Below are positions 39,321-48,633 of a stretch of 61,788 bases of DNA, piece after piece; position 1 is the first letter of the stretch; every line of letters begins with the position of its first letter. The notes under the pieces are model-generated. The model made no database searches. It was not told the origin of the DNA and worked only from the letters and a program-made list of their open reading frames with translations. The stretch spans positions 1 to 61,788 of the forward strand of contig USCL01000001.1 of NCBI GenBank assembly GCA_900553145.1, read 5' to 3'. Position numbers and translations under genes: made by a program. The DNA is from an uncultured Desulfovibrio sp. (GTDB lineage: Bacteria > Desulfobacterota > Desulfovibrionia > Desulfovibrionales > Desulfovibrionaceae).

Positions 39321-39969
39321 TCTCGGAGGAAGGCTGGCCAGCAGTTTACGGGCGCGCCGTAGCCAAATGCAGCGCCCCAGAACGCATCCATTCCAATCGC
39401 AATATCCTTCCGCCGCGGCTGGAGGCCTTCCCTTCTCCCCTGAAATAAAACGGGGTTCCCGTTCTCTGCCTGCACCATGCCCTTACGGACGATGAAGCGG
39501 CCCGCATTGCCCCGCAAGCCGCCCTGCGCCTCCCGAATCCATCGGACCGGGAACGCCAGCAGGCACAAGCTAGAGAAGCCTGATACGGGACCCCTCCGAA
39601 AAACAGAGCATTCCCGACCTACCGCCATCAACGTACCCGTTATTGTCAGCAGGTTTGACGGCTGACGCCACGGGTGCCCAAGTGCCCCTCCCGCCTGCGC
39701 AACATGCATTCCGCACCGCACAGGTGGAACATTCCTGGTTCACCACTCGTTAATCCCAAAAACGATGAGCCGGACTTCCTGAACCGCCGTTGCCGCTGCC
39801 GTGCTTGAAGGCATCAAATGCGGATCAAGTTAACCGCAAAAAGCAGAATCGTATCTTTACCGATTATCGATTGGTGCAATAACTCTTGAACAGCACCCGC
39901 ATACCGCATAGCTCTCTATAAACTGGATGCGTATCGAGTGATGTCAACAGTATCGTCTTCATGCAATAG

Positions 39970-40296
39970 CTAATTCATCCAATAACGGATGAGCGCTATC
40001 GTCCCCATGCCTACAGCAAGCGCGCTGAAAAGGCTTCCTTTTTTGTACCAACATATAGCCAGCGTAGGAAAAGACGCCATAAAAAAAAGATTATCGAAGG
40101 ACATTTCAAGTTTGCCGTTTACAAGTACCAAATCAGGCATGACCAACGCAGCGAGTACGGATACGGGCACAAAAGACAGCCAACGCGCCAACAGCGGAGG
40201 GAGATCACGCCCTGCAAGCAGCGCAACAGGAGCAACTCGGGGGATAAGGGTCGCAAGGCACATGCCGAAGATGCAGAGCAGAATATCAGCATTCAT
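39970..40296 (-). CDS. azlD: AzlD-family branched-chain amino acid exporter small subunit
   Basis: TLIPRVAP...WLSFVPVSVLAALV pattern; GGAG RBS; overlaps the azlC stop. Confidence 0.85.
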   Translation of the reverse strand: MNADILLCIFGMCLATLIPRVAPVALLAGRDLPPLLARWLSFVPVSVLAALVMPDLVLVNGKLEMSFDNLFFMASFPTLAICWYKKGSLFSALAVGMGTIALIRYWMN

Positions 40297-41045
40297 ATTT
40301 TGCTCCTGGAGGAATATCGGCGCTCGCAGCATGTGACGAACAAGGCCCCGAGAGTGGACGTTACAATACTTGCCACAATGACATTCCATCGGCCTATGCC
40401 GCACAAGGCGAGGATTACGGATAGCAGCGCCGACAGGACGGCCACCGCCGTATAGACATGATCTTTGCATTGGGGAACCAAGAGGGCAAGAAACATGGCG
40501 GGAAGGGCATAATCAAGCCCAAACAGCTTGGGATCAGGCAGGAAATCCCCCGCTACGGCCCCTATGAGCGTGCCGAGGATCCATCCGCTGTGAGCCGTGA
40601 AATTGACGGCATAAATAGGCGCCAGCCTCGCCTTTTCTCCTTGGGCCATCGCCATGCTGTGCGTAGCGAAGACCTCATCCGTAAGCCCCCAGCCAATGAT
40701 GCATTGCTGTAGTTTGGTAAACGGAGCGAACCACGGGGCCACCGCGGCCGACATAAGGACATGCCGCAGGTTGACGACAAGCGTAGTGAACACGATGGAA
40801 AAGACGGAGGCCCCCATCCCCCACAGCCCTACCGAGATAAACTGCCCCGCGCCGGCGTATACGAGCAGGGAAAACAGGACCGCATACACTGCGGGGATGC
40901 CGTTTTGCACGGCAAGAACCCCATATGCGAACCCGAGCGGGATGTACCCAAGGAAAATGGGGAATCCATGTCGTATCCCTGTCAAGACAGAACGAGAGGG
41001 AACGCTTCCTTCCTTAACAATCATATATTCTGTGGTATCTGGCAT
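40293..41045 (-). CDS. azlC: AzlC-family amino acid exporter permease
   Basis: PIFLGYIPLGFAYG, YAGAGQF, VNLRHVLM, LTDEVFA and DYALPAMF motifs. Confidence 0.92.
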   Translation of the reverse strand: MPDTTEYMIVKEGSVPSRSVLTGIRHGFPIFLGYIPLGFAYGVLAVQNGIPAVYAVLFSLLVYAGAGQFISVGLWGMGASVFSIVFTTLVVNLRHVLMSAAVAPWFAPFTKLQQCIIGWGLTDEVFATHSMAMAQGEKARLAPIYAVNFTAHSGWILGTLIGAVAGDFLPDPKLFGLDYALPAMFLALLVPQCKDHVYTAVAVLSALLSVILALCGIGRWNVIVASIVTSTLGALFVTCCERRYSSRSKI

Positions 41046-41207
41046 AACGGTATTTATGGATAATGGTTACAGATTCAGACAATCCATCCGGCTGGATGCC
41101 TGAGAGGGCCTGAAATATGCCCTCAGCATACGGGAAAAGCATTCTGGGCAAGGGGCAAGCGAGGATAGAGCATGGGGAGGAAGGGGGGCTAAAAGCCCCC
41201 CAAAAAA

Positions 41208-42659
41208 TCAGGCGGAAACCTGTTCAGGCTGTTCCTGCGCCTGATCGCCGGCCAGCCTTTCCGCATCGGAGAGCCGGGTCATGTTGATGTCAAATAGGGA
41301 ATAAATCAGGGATACGCACGGCATGAGGAACATGAGGAAACAGTAGGGGGCATATTCAGTGAACCCCACGCTTAACATCCCCATGGAAAAGAGCGCATTC
41401 GAACTCCAAGGGACGAGCGGCGTCGCAAGGGTTCCAACATCTTCCGTGACACGGGAACAGTTCTCTGGACGGTAGCCCTGCTTACGGAACAGCGGCGTCA
41501 TGATTGTCCCTGTCATGAGCAGGCTGAAGTAGGACGAAGCCGTCAGCAAAACCGTGCTGAACCCGATGACCAACGTCGACAGCACGAGGGAAAACGCGCT
41601 CTTGGCATGCCGGGAAACAGGCTCGAGGATAGTGTCTATCACGCCGAGGCAGCGCAACATCCCGCCGAGGCCGCAGGCAAAGATGACGAGGGCCGATACC
41701 CCGAGCATGCTCGTCACCCCGCCGCGGTTCATCAACTTCATGAGCAAAGGATTGTCGAACGTCTTTTCGTAGCCGCTCCACATGGCATTGAACGATGCCG
41801 TCAAATCCACGCCCGCGTATCCCACCGCCACGGCGACGCCCAGCACGGAACCGCTGATAATAGCCAAAACAGGGTTTGTCTGGCGCAGCAGGAGGTAAAA
41901 GACAAGGAGCATGGGTATGGCGGGGATGAAGCCGAGCCGGAAGTTGGCCGTAATGTCCTCAAGGAGCTGATTGAGGATACTGGCATCGCCGGTTCCGGAA
42001 TCGTGATGGAACCCCATGAAGAGATAGATGATCAACGTAATGATGAATGCCGGCGTCAACGTATTGGCCATATGCCGGACATGGGTAAGCAGGGGGACAT
42101 CGTTGACGGCCGCGGCCATGTTGGTCGTATCCGAAAGCGGGGACATCTTGTCGCCAAGGAAGGCGCCGCTGATCACGGTTGCGGCGGTTACGCCGGGATC
42201 GAAGCCAAGCCCCGCGCCTATCCCCATCAGGGCGAGGCCGACGGTTCCGATCGTACCGTATGAAGTCCCCGTAAAGATGGAAGTCATGGAGCAAAGGATA
42301 AAGCTGGTCGCCAGAAAAAACTCCGGAGTGATGATCTTCAAACCGATGTAAATCATCACGGCGACGGTGCCCGCCGAGATCCAAGCCCCGATCAGGGCTC
42401 CCACGGACATCATGATCAGGACGGCCCCCATAGCCCGCGCGATGAATTCGTAAGCCCCCGCTTCCAGCTCGGTATACGAGAATCCCAGATACCGGCCGAA
42501 ACCTGCGCAAACGACCCAGCAGCACAACATGAGCATCTGGAGCTTAAGGTTAAAAAACATCATTCCACTTGCGATAATGGCGACGACGACGGTCAAGATG
42601 AAAACAGCAAAGCCGAATGTCAATTCCTTGCGGACAGGCTTCAACGTTGTCGCGGTCAT
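41208..42659 (-). CDS. NhaC-family transporter (likely amino acid/organic acid uptake)
   Basis: GALIGAWISAGTV, GTSYGTIGTVG, GDKMSPLSDTT, LMNRGG and PLVPW motifs. Confidence 0.9.
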   Translation of the reverse strand: MTATTLKPVRKELTFGFAVFILTVVVAIIASGMMFFNLKLQMLMLCCWVVCAGFGRYLGFSYTELEAGAYEFIARAMGAVLIMMSVGALIGAWISAGTVAVMIYIGLKIITPEFFLATSFILCSMTSIFTGTSYGTIGTVGLALMGIGAGLGFDPGVTAATVISGAFLGDKMSPLSDTTNMAAAVNDVPLLTHVRHMANTLTPAFIITLIIYLFMGFHHDSGTGDASILNQLLEDITANFRLGFIPAIPMLLVFYLLLRQTNPVLAIISGSVLGVAVAVGYAGVDLTASFNAMWSGYEKTFDNPLLMKLMNRGGVTSMLGVSALVIFACGLGGMLRCLGVIDTILEPVSRHAKSAFSLVLSTLVIGFSTVLLTASSYFSLLMTGTIMTPLFRKQGYRPENCSRVTEDVGTLATPLVPWSSNALFSMGMLSVGFTEYAPYCFLMFLMPCVSLIYSLFDINMTRLSDAERLAGDQAQEQPEQVSA

Positions 42660-42699
42660 GACGTTTTCTCCTGTAAGTTACATGGGGATGGCGACGGAA

Positions 42700-43899
42700 T
42701 CAGGCGAGGCTTTCCTGAATGGCCTCCGCGAAATCACGGATAATGTCTTCGGGCGATTCAACCCCCACGGACACCCGGATCGTTCCATGATGAATACCCA
42801 GCGCCGCCCGCTCCTCAGGGGAAAGGCTGCTGTGGGACTGCGTGGCGGGATGCGCGACGGTCGTCCTGAACCCGCCAAGCGTATTGGCAAAGCCGACCAT
42901 CTTCAACGCGGCCATGAAACGATCTATCCGCTCGGGATCGTCAGGCAGGCTGAAGCTCAACATGGCCCCGTAGGCGTCGGGCCTGAACAGGCGCAGTGCG
43001 AGCCCGCGATGAGGATGGCTGTCGAGGCTCGGATGATACACCCTTTCGACGAGGGGGTTGGCTTCAAGGGCGGCCGCAAGCTGGATGGCGTTCCTGTTTT
43101 GCTTTTCCAAACGAAGCTCAAAGCTGCGCGTCCCCCTCAGGATCAGCCAGCTGACAAAGGGGGCGAGGCTGCCGCCTATGAGGGTGCTCAGGAACCTAGC
43201 CCGTTCAAGAGTCTCCTTGTCGGCGATTATGGCGCCGCCGATGGCGTCGAAATGCCCGTTGATGTACTTGGTCAGGCTGTGCACCACGACATCCGCGCCA
43301 AGCGTCAGCGGCTTGACGACGTAGGGCGAAGAATACGTATTGTCGATGACCAGCTTGGCCCCGGCGGCATGCGCCATGTCCGCAACGCTTTGGACGTCAA
43401 GGAGCATCGTCAGGGGGTTCGCGATGACTTCCCCATAAAAAAGGCGGGTGTTCGGGCGGATGGCCCGTGAAACCGCATCCTTGTCGTTCAGATCGACAAA
43501 GGTCGTTTCCACGCCGTACTGAGGCAGCAACGCCTTCAGCACCTGATAGGTCTCGCCATAAATATTGGTATTGGCGAGGATGTGATCGCCCCCCTTCACC
43601 AGCGTGATGAGCGCGGTAAAAATGGCAAACATGCCGGAAGAGACGACCCACGCCGCTTCACCCTGTTCCATGCTTGCGAGCACTTCGTTCAGGCTGGTAA
43701 AGTTGGGATGGTTGATCCTGCCGTAAAGATACCCCTTCTTCTTTCTGCCCTCCGCAAAGGCGTGAACGTCCGGATACGTATATGAAGAGGTCTGGTAGAT
43801 AGGGAAGGATTCGGGATAGGCATCACCCCAGTCAATGTGATCTCCCAAATAGAGCTGTTGGGTCTCGGGGCTGCATGCAGACAGGTTCTTCTTGTCCAT
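42700..43899 (-). CDS. PLP-dependent trans-sulfuration family enzyme (cystathionine/methionine gamma-lyase-like)
   Basis: PIYQTSSY, YGRINHPN, SSGM, IDNT, HSLTKYINGH (PLP lysine) and RVSVGVE motifs; 399 aa. Confidence 0.9.
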   Translation of the reverse strand: MDKKNLSACSPETQQLYLGDHIDWGDAYPESFPIYQTSSYTYPDVHAFAEGRKKKGYLYGRINHPNFTSLNEVLASMEQGEAAWVVSSGMFAIFTALITLVKGGDHILANTNIYGETYQVLKALLPQYGVETTFVDLNDKDAVSRAIRPNTRLFYGEVIANPLTMLLDVQSVADMAHAAGAKLVIDNTYSSPYVVKPLTLGADVVVHSLTKYINGHFDAIGGAIIADKETLERARFLSTLIGGSLAPFVSWLILRGTRSFELRLEKQNRNAIQLAAALEANPLVERVYHPSLDSHPHRGLALRLFRPDAYGAMLSFSLPDDPERIDRFMAALKMVGFANTLGGFRTTVAHPATQSHSSLSPEERAALGIHHGTIRVSVGVESPEDIIRDFAEAIQESLA

Positions 43900-43943
43900 A
43901 CGAATGTCCTGTTGTTGGAAGTTATTTGTGATACAACAGAACA

Positions 43944-43959
43944 AGCAAGGGGCATGCCA
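43944..43959 (-). promoter_or_regulatory. Sigma-54 (-24/-12) promoter of the lyase-NhaC operon
   Basis: The minus strand reads TGGCATG-CCCC-TTGCT, 45 nt before the ATG. Confidence 0.85.
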
Positions 43960-44010
43960 CTGCAAATATATTTTTAATTCACTAGAATACGTATATTCTA
44001 TAGCTTTCAG

Positions 44011-44060
44011 AATAGGTTAAAAAGGTTAAATGGATACATTATTGACTATTTTAACCTATT
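44011..44060. promoter_or_regulatory. Candidate enhancer (UAS) for the adjacent bEBP
   Basis: AATAGGTTAAAA-N26-TTTTAACCTATT perfect inverted repeat with an extra AGGTTAAA half-site; palindrome TAGAATA-CGTA-TATTCTA at 43983-44000. Confidence 0.55.
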
Positions 44061-44261
44061 TATGAAAAGAGCTTACCCACAAGCGCAAGAGGCAAATTCA
44101 CAAGTAAAAACAAACAAAAAAGCACCCTATCCCGTATATGGGAACAGGATGCTTCCATAAACAAAGCCCGTTTGGTAAGGGGAACACAAAAACATACTGG
44201 CTATATCCGATTTTTTGATAAAAAAAGGACATATTCCCAGAGACGCCATGGCCGGTTCCGC

Positions 44262-46292
44262 TTACAGCAATCCGGACTCCCGAAGCTGACGTTCTCCCGC
44301 ACGCGTCACACGGGTTCCCGCACGCCCCTTCCTGCAAAGGACCAAGCCTGCTGCGGCCAGCTTTTGGAGCCTGGAACGGACCTCCCCTTCCGAAAGGCGC
44401 ACCCCATGGGCGGCCAGCTGATGGGAGAGTTCTTTCCTCCCGACATGTTTCCCCTTCTCCTCCGCCCGGTAAAGCAGCAAAAGGATATACGTCATGTCAT
44501 CATCTTCATGCGGCACGCTTTGCTTCTGCCGACAATGAAATTTTTTTTGCATTCCCTCAAAAAAATGTTGCGGAAGCTCCGCACAGGTAATGACGCGGCT
44601 TTCCGACATATAGCCAATATAGGCGCTCAAATTTTGCAGTTCCCTGATATTTCCCGGCCAGTCATACTGCAACAGCAGATCGGCAACTTCCCCGGAGAGC
44701 TCATATTGAAGGCCATACTCCCGCAAAAAATGGTGGAGGAGCAGGAGGATATCGTCTTCCCTTTCGCGCAGGGGCGGGATTTTTAACGAAAGCACATTCA
44801 GGCGATAAAAAAGATCCATCCTAAAGGCATGCTCAAGGACAAGCTCGGGAATGTTCTTGTTGGACGCCGAAATGACACGAATATCAACGGGTATGACTTC
44901 TTGGCCCCCTACCCGCACGATTTCCTTCTCCTGAAGGACACGAAGCAATTTGGCCTGCATATTGGGGGAGATATCCCCGAGTTCATCCAGAAAAACCGTT
45001 CCGCCGTTGGCCAATTCAAAAAGCCCGGGCTTCCCTCCCTTACGGGCCCCGGTAAACGCCCCCTCCTCGTATCCAAACAATTCGCTTTCGATAAGCGTGT
45101 CCGGTATCGAGGCGCAATTGAAGGCAATAAAGGGAGATTCACGGCGGAAAGAGGCATTATGGATAGCCTGCGCAAAAATTTCCTTCCCGACACCGCTCTC
45201 CCCTTCAATGAGGATTGCCCCATCCCCTTTGGCCATCTTTTCCGCCAAATTCCGGCATTGCCGCAAGATCGGGCTTTTTCCGAGGATATCGTTAAAACTG
45301 TTCTTCGCGATATAACCGCTGGTCTTGCCCCCTTGGCGGATCTTCTTTTCCAAGCGCCGTATCGCGGAAAACTCCTTGTAACGGATGACCCCTCCGGAAT
45401 AATGGCCCTCAATGGACAACGGATACGTATTCACTATATAATGAATATCATGTATTGATTGTATGGCATCGCAGAGATCTTCCGGGTTCTCGACTGTAAG
45501 CGAAACCTCGGAAAAGCATTCTGAAAGGGTCATCATTTTGGCTTTCCAAATCGGGATGCCGAAAATCTTTTCGGCAACTTCATTAAAAAGAATGATATGC
45601 TGCCCTTCATCATAGGCGATGATCCCTTCATCGATGACTTCGATGATTTTTTCCAAATGGTTTCTGCTTTTGAGGATTGATCCGATAACCTCCAAAAGTT
45701 GCGGATTTCTCGGGATATAGTCGTTTGTCCTGTTGAACACGATATCGCGGAGCGTTTTGTTATTAACAAGATCAAGTTTTGTTAAAATATTGATGGTCAT
45801 GTAGGGGTCGATGACCCGACCGCCGATATTGATAACCTTTTTTATGGACGAAGGGACTAGGGCCTCTTCGTCCGGCGTCACGGCGATATCGATGTCGTGA
45901 TGATAGGGCATATGAGGATAATACGGCACAAACTCCAAATGCCTGATCCCGACCTCATACAATACGTTGATCGTATCATACGTACTCTGCACCGTGTCAT
46001 TGACCAGTAAAACGCGGGATTTTTCAGGAATGGACAAGAGCTTTTCAAAACCGCTCTTGCCTATGGTCATTTTCATGGCAAGGAGTTCAATATCTTCATG
46101 AAGGTAATTGTGTATGATCTTTCCTACAGCGGCATCGCCAAGCAGAACAAGATCCGCCTGAATGTTCGAACACATGGATGTTTCCAAAGAAAGCGCGTGG
46201 ATATCAACGTACTCGCCTATAAGGGCATACAGCTGCTTTTTGATGAAAAGGGCTGTTTTTTCAAATAAGCATACAACGGCTATTTGTTTCAT
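44262..46292 (-). CDS. Sigma-54-dependent activator (N-terminal sensory + PAS + AAA+ + winged HTH)
   Basis: GESGVGKE, ESELFGYEEGAFTGA, FLDELG and WPGNIREL motifs; C-terminal GRKEL...KGRAGT helix domain; visibly AT-richer than the host genes. Confidence 0.92.
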   Translation of the reverse strand: MKQIAVVCLFEKTALFIKKQLYALIGEYVDIHALSLETSMCSNIQADLVLLGDAAVGKIIHNYLHEDIELLAMKMTIGKSGFEKLLSIPEKSRVLLVNDTVQSTYDTINVLYEVGIRHLEFVPYYPHMPYHHDIDIAVTPDEEALVPSSIKKVINIGGRVIDPYMTINILTKLDLVNNKTLRDIVFNRTNDYIPRNPQLLEVIGSILKSRNHLEKIIEVIDEGIIAYDEGQHIILFNEVAEKIFGIPIWKAKMMTLSECFSEVSLTVENPEDLCDAIQSIHDIHYIVNTYPLSIEGHYSGGVIRYKEFSAIRRLEKKIRQGGKTSGYIAKNSFNDILGKSPILRQCRNLAEKMAKGDGAILIEGESGVGKEIFAQAIHNASFRRESPFIAFNCASIPDTLIESELFGYEEGAFTGARKGGKPGLFELANGGTVFLDELGDISPNMQAKLLRVLQEKEIVRVGGQEVIPVDIRVISASNKNIPELVLEHAFRMDLFYRLNVLSLKIPPLREREDDILLLLHHFLREYGLQYELSGEVADLLLQYDWPGNIRELQNLSAYIGYMSESRVITCAELPQHFFEGMQKKFHCRQKQSVPHEDDDMTYILLLLYRAEEKGKHVGRKELSHQLAAHGVRLSEGEVRSRLQKLAAAGLVLCRKGRAGTRVTRAGERQLRESGLL

Positions 46293-46654
46293 CTCAAATC
46301 CTATTCTTTCTCTCATGCATTCTCTACGAACAGGTACGGATACAAAGAGGGCAAGAATACGAATATCAATCATGCCCATCGCAGACATTCCGCCCAAGGG
46401 TGCGTATTGTCTTCATGCAACCATATCGGCAAGGCTCTGTCATAGCATTTGATTGATACACATCCATACGATGTTGAGTTTACAATCTTTATTGTTGACG
46501 AGCTCCACAACAAAAGAAATGCTCTTTAGCATCTATCTAAATTCTTATGAAATAAAATATCAATCACTTACTGAGACAGAGTCATCGGCAAAAGAATATT
46601 TCCCCGAAGGGCACAGCGCCACTTCTCAAAAGACGGCATCCGGAGTTTTGATTT

Positions 46655-47578
46655 ATGAAATACTATCGTCTTATGCTCGGGAAAGGAAGCCGCTATGCGG
46701 AGCAGTGCTTTGCGGAAAGCTTCGTTGGCGCGGATTATGGCATAGAGCGCGACCTGACCCGAGAGCTCCCCGATAGCTGGCGTCAGTTCAACCCGGCGTT
46801 TATCCCCGTATATCAGGAGGCCCATCCCGGGAAAACCAAGGTTGCCGCCGGCCTTGCCTGCGGCATGCTCTGGACCGTCTGCAAGGGGATGTCCATCGGC
46901 GATCTGGTGCTTTGCCCTGACGGAACAGGCTGTTACCATGCCGGAGAAATTGCCGGCCCATACCAATACGAACCGGGGCGGGTACTTCCGCACCGTCGTC
47001 CCGTGCGCTGGCTTGACGTGGTCATCGGAAGAAATGAGATGGGTTCCGCACTGCGCAATTCAGCGGGCTCCATCGGTGCGGTCTGCAACCTTTCCGATTA
47101 CGCGGAAGAGATCAAGGCGTTGCTGGCCGCGCACCGGCCAAACCCCATTCAAGTTCAGGACCCGGACATCGAAAACCCCGTTGCCTTTGTGCTCGAAAAG
47201 CACCTCGAGGATTTCCTTGTGGCCAACTGGGACCAGACGGAACTGGGGCGGCGGTATGACATATTCGAGGATGACGGCGAAATCATCGGGCAGCAGTTCG
47301 CTACCGACACCGGGAACATGGATATCCTCGCCATCAGCAAAGACAGGCGGGAGCTGCTGGTCGTGGAACTCAAAAAGGGACAGGCCGCCGACAAGGTGGT
47401 GGGGCAGGTTTTGCGCTACATGGGCTATGCCGCTCAGGAACTGGCCGAGGAAGGCCAAACGGTAAAGGGCGTCATCATTGCTCAGGAAGACGACCTGCGC
47501 CTCAAAAGAGCGTTGTCGGTAACGCCCAACGTAAGCTTCTGCCGCTATCAGGTGAGCTTCAAGCTGGTTCCCTCATAA
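46655..47578 (+). CDS. Endonuclease NucS-like (PD-(D/E)xK) domain protein with N-terminal PUA/EVE-like region
   Basis: LEKHLEDFL, MDILA...VVELKKG and GQVLRYMG motifs; N-terminal GDLVL..Y.AGEI..PY.Y pattern. Confidence 0.8.
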   Translation: MKYYRLMLGKGSRYAEQCFAESFVGADYGIERDLTRELPDSWRQFNPAFIPVYQEAHPGKTKVAAGLACGMLWTVCKGMSIGDLVLCPDGTGCYHAGEIAGPYQYEPGRVLPHRRPVRWLDVVIGRNEMGSALRNSAGSIGAVCNLSDYAEEIKALLAAHRPNPIQVQDPDIENPVAFVLEKHLEDFLVANWDQTELGRRYDIFEDDGEIIGQQFATDTGNMDILAISKDRRELLVVELKKGQAADKVVGQVLRYMGYAAQELAEEGQTVKGVIIAQEDDLRLKRALSVTPNVSFCRYQVSFKLVPS

Positions 47579-47988
47579 CGCTGCCCCGGGTAAGCACTTC
47601 TCCCTCACCCCGTCATGGAGATGGGGAAGGATTGTGTACGCAGCTTTTTGCCCAGACATCCCTGACAGGATACAGCGTTATGGCGCGGCCGCATCAAAAA
47701 TGAAAATCCGCCAGCGTACGCATGCACTTGCTATCCAACCATACCGCACAACAGCGGGCAGGCATTTCATGGCCAGCATATGCCCTCGCAAGCAACCTTC
47801 CGCCCCCATTCCGTATGGTTGCAAGCCGCCGTATCTAGCCCCCCCAGCGCAGCGCTTCAGCATTTCAGATGGAAGCCCTCCGACGGAATCACGGGAGGGC
47901 ACCATCTGAAATGAAGCTTTTTTTCCTACATAACAAAGAGCGTGCCCAGAGAAACTTCCGGGCGCCCGGAAAACCGTATCCGGCGCCC

Positions 47989-48360
47989 TTATCGTTTTGT
48001 ATCGTTAGGCAAGTCCATCAAGATACGCCCCAAGCGTCCCGCCAGTTCTCCATCTTCCGCAGGCTTCCTGCCGCTGATCCCCAGACCGCCGACGCATTTC
48101 CCGTTCCCATCGAAAAACGGGATGCCTCCTTCCAGCGTTGTGAAAGCGGGATCGCAGAAATCGGCAATCGTAAGCCGCTCCCTCAAAAGCCTTTCATGGA
48201 AATCCTTTGTGGAGCTTTCCATGCGCAAGGCCGTGTAGGCTTTGCCCTGTGCTATCGGGACTGCCCGTTCCGGCGTACCGTCCATACTGAGCAAGGCGGC
48301 GAGCCTTCCGCTGCGATTGACAATGGCAAGACATACCGGGGCGCCTCCGCGGGCCTTCGG
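47989..48360 (-). CDS. GlcG/HbpS-like heme-binding protein; N-terminus unresolved, possibly decayed
   Basis: VCLAIVNRSG, MDG, AQGKAYTA, GGIP and GGLGISG...ED motifs; no convincing in-frame start near the expected position. Confidence 0.6.
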   Translation of the reverse strand, partial: PKARGGAPVCLAIVNRSGRLAALLSMDGTPERAVPIAQGKAYTALRMESSTKDFHERLLRERLTIADFCDPAFTTLEGGIPFFDGNGKCVGGLGISGRKPAEDGELAGRLGRILMDLPNDTKR

Positions 48361-48633
48361 ACATCCAGAGGGGAGTGTCCACGAAAAAAGACGTGCCCTT
48401 CCCCTGCCCGGCGTTTCCCGTCCGGCCGGAGGGCGTTCGGCATGACGCCATCCGGGCCCACCTTCAGGATAAGCGTTTCCCTTCCGGCGGGAGGCGTTCC
48501 CCCGCCGGGCAAGGCCTTCGGCAGGCATGCCTTGCTTCGCCATAAGAGCCGTTTTTATGGAAAGGAGGGAGGGTGCGGGGGAAAGGCTGAGCCGCCGATC
48601 AGAAAAAAGGCATCCCAGAGGATGCCTTCCGTC

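Noticed and set aside
47880..47905. GGGCACCA as a possible attR copy of the tRNA-Leu 3' end
   Set aside because: Only about 7 nt match, which is expected by chance.
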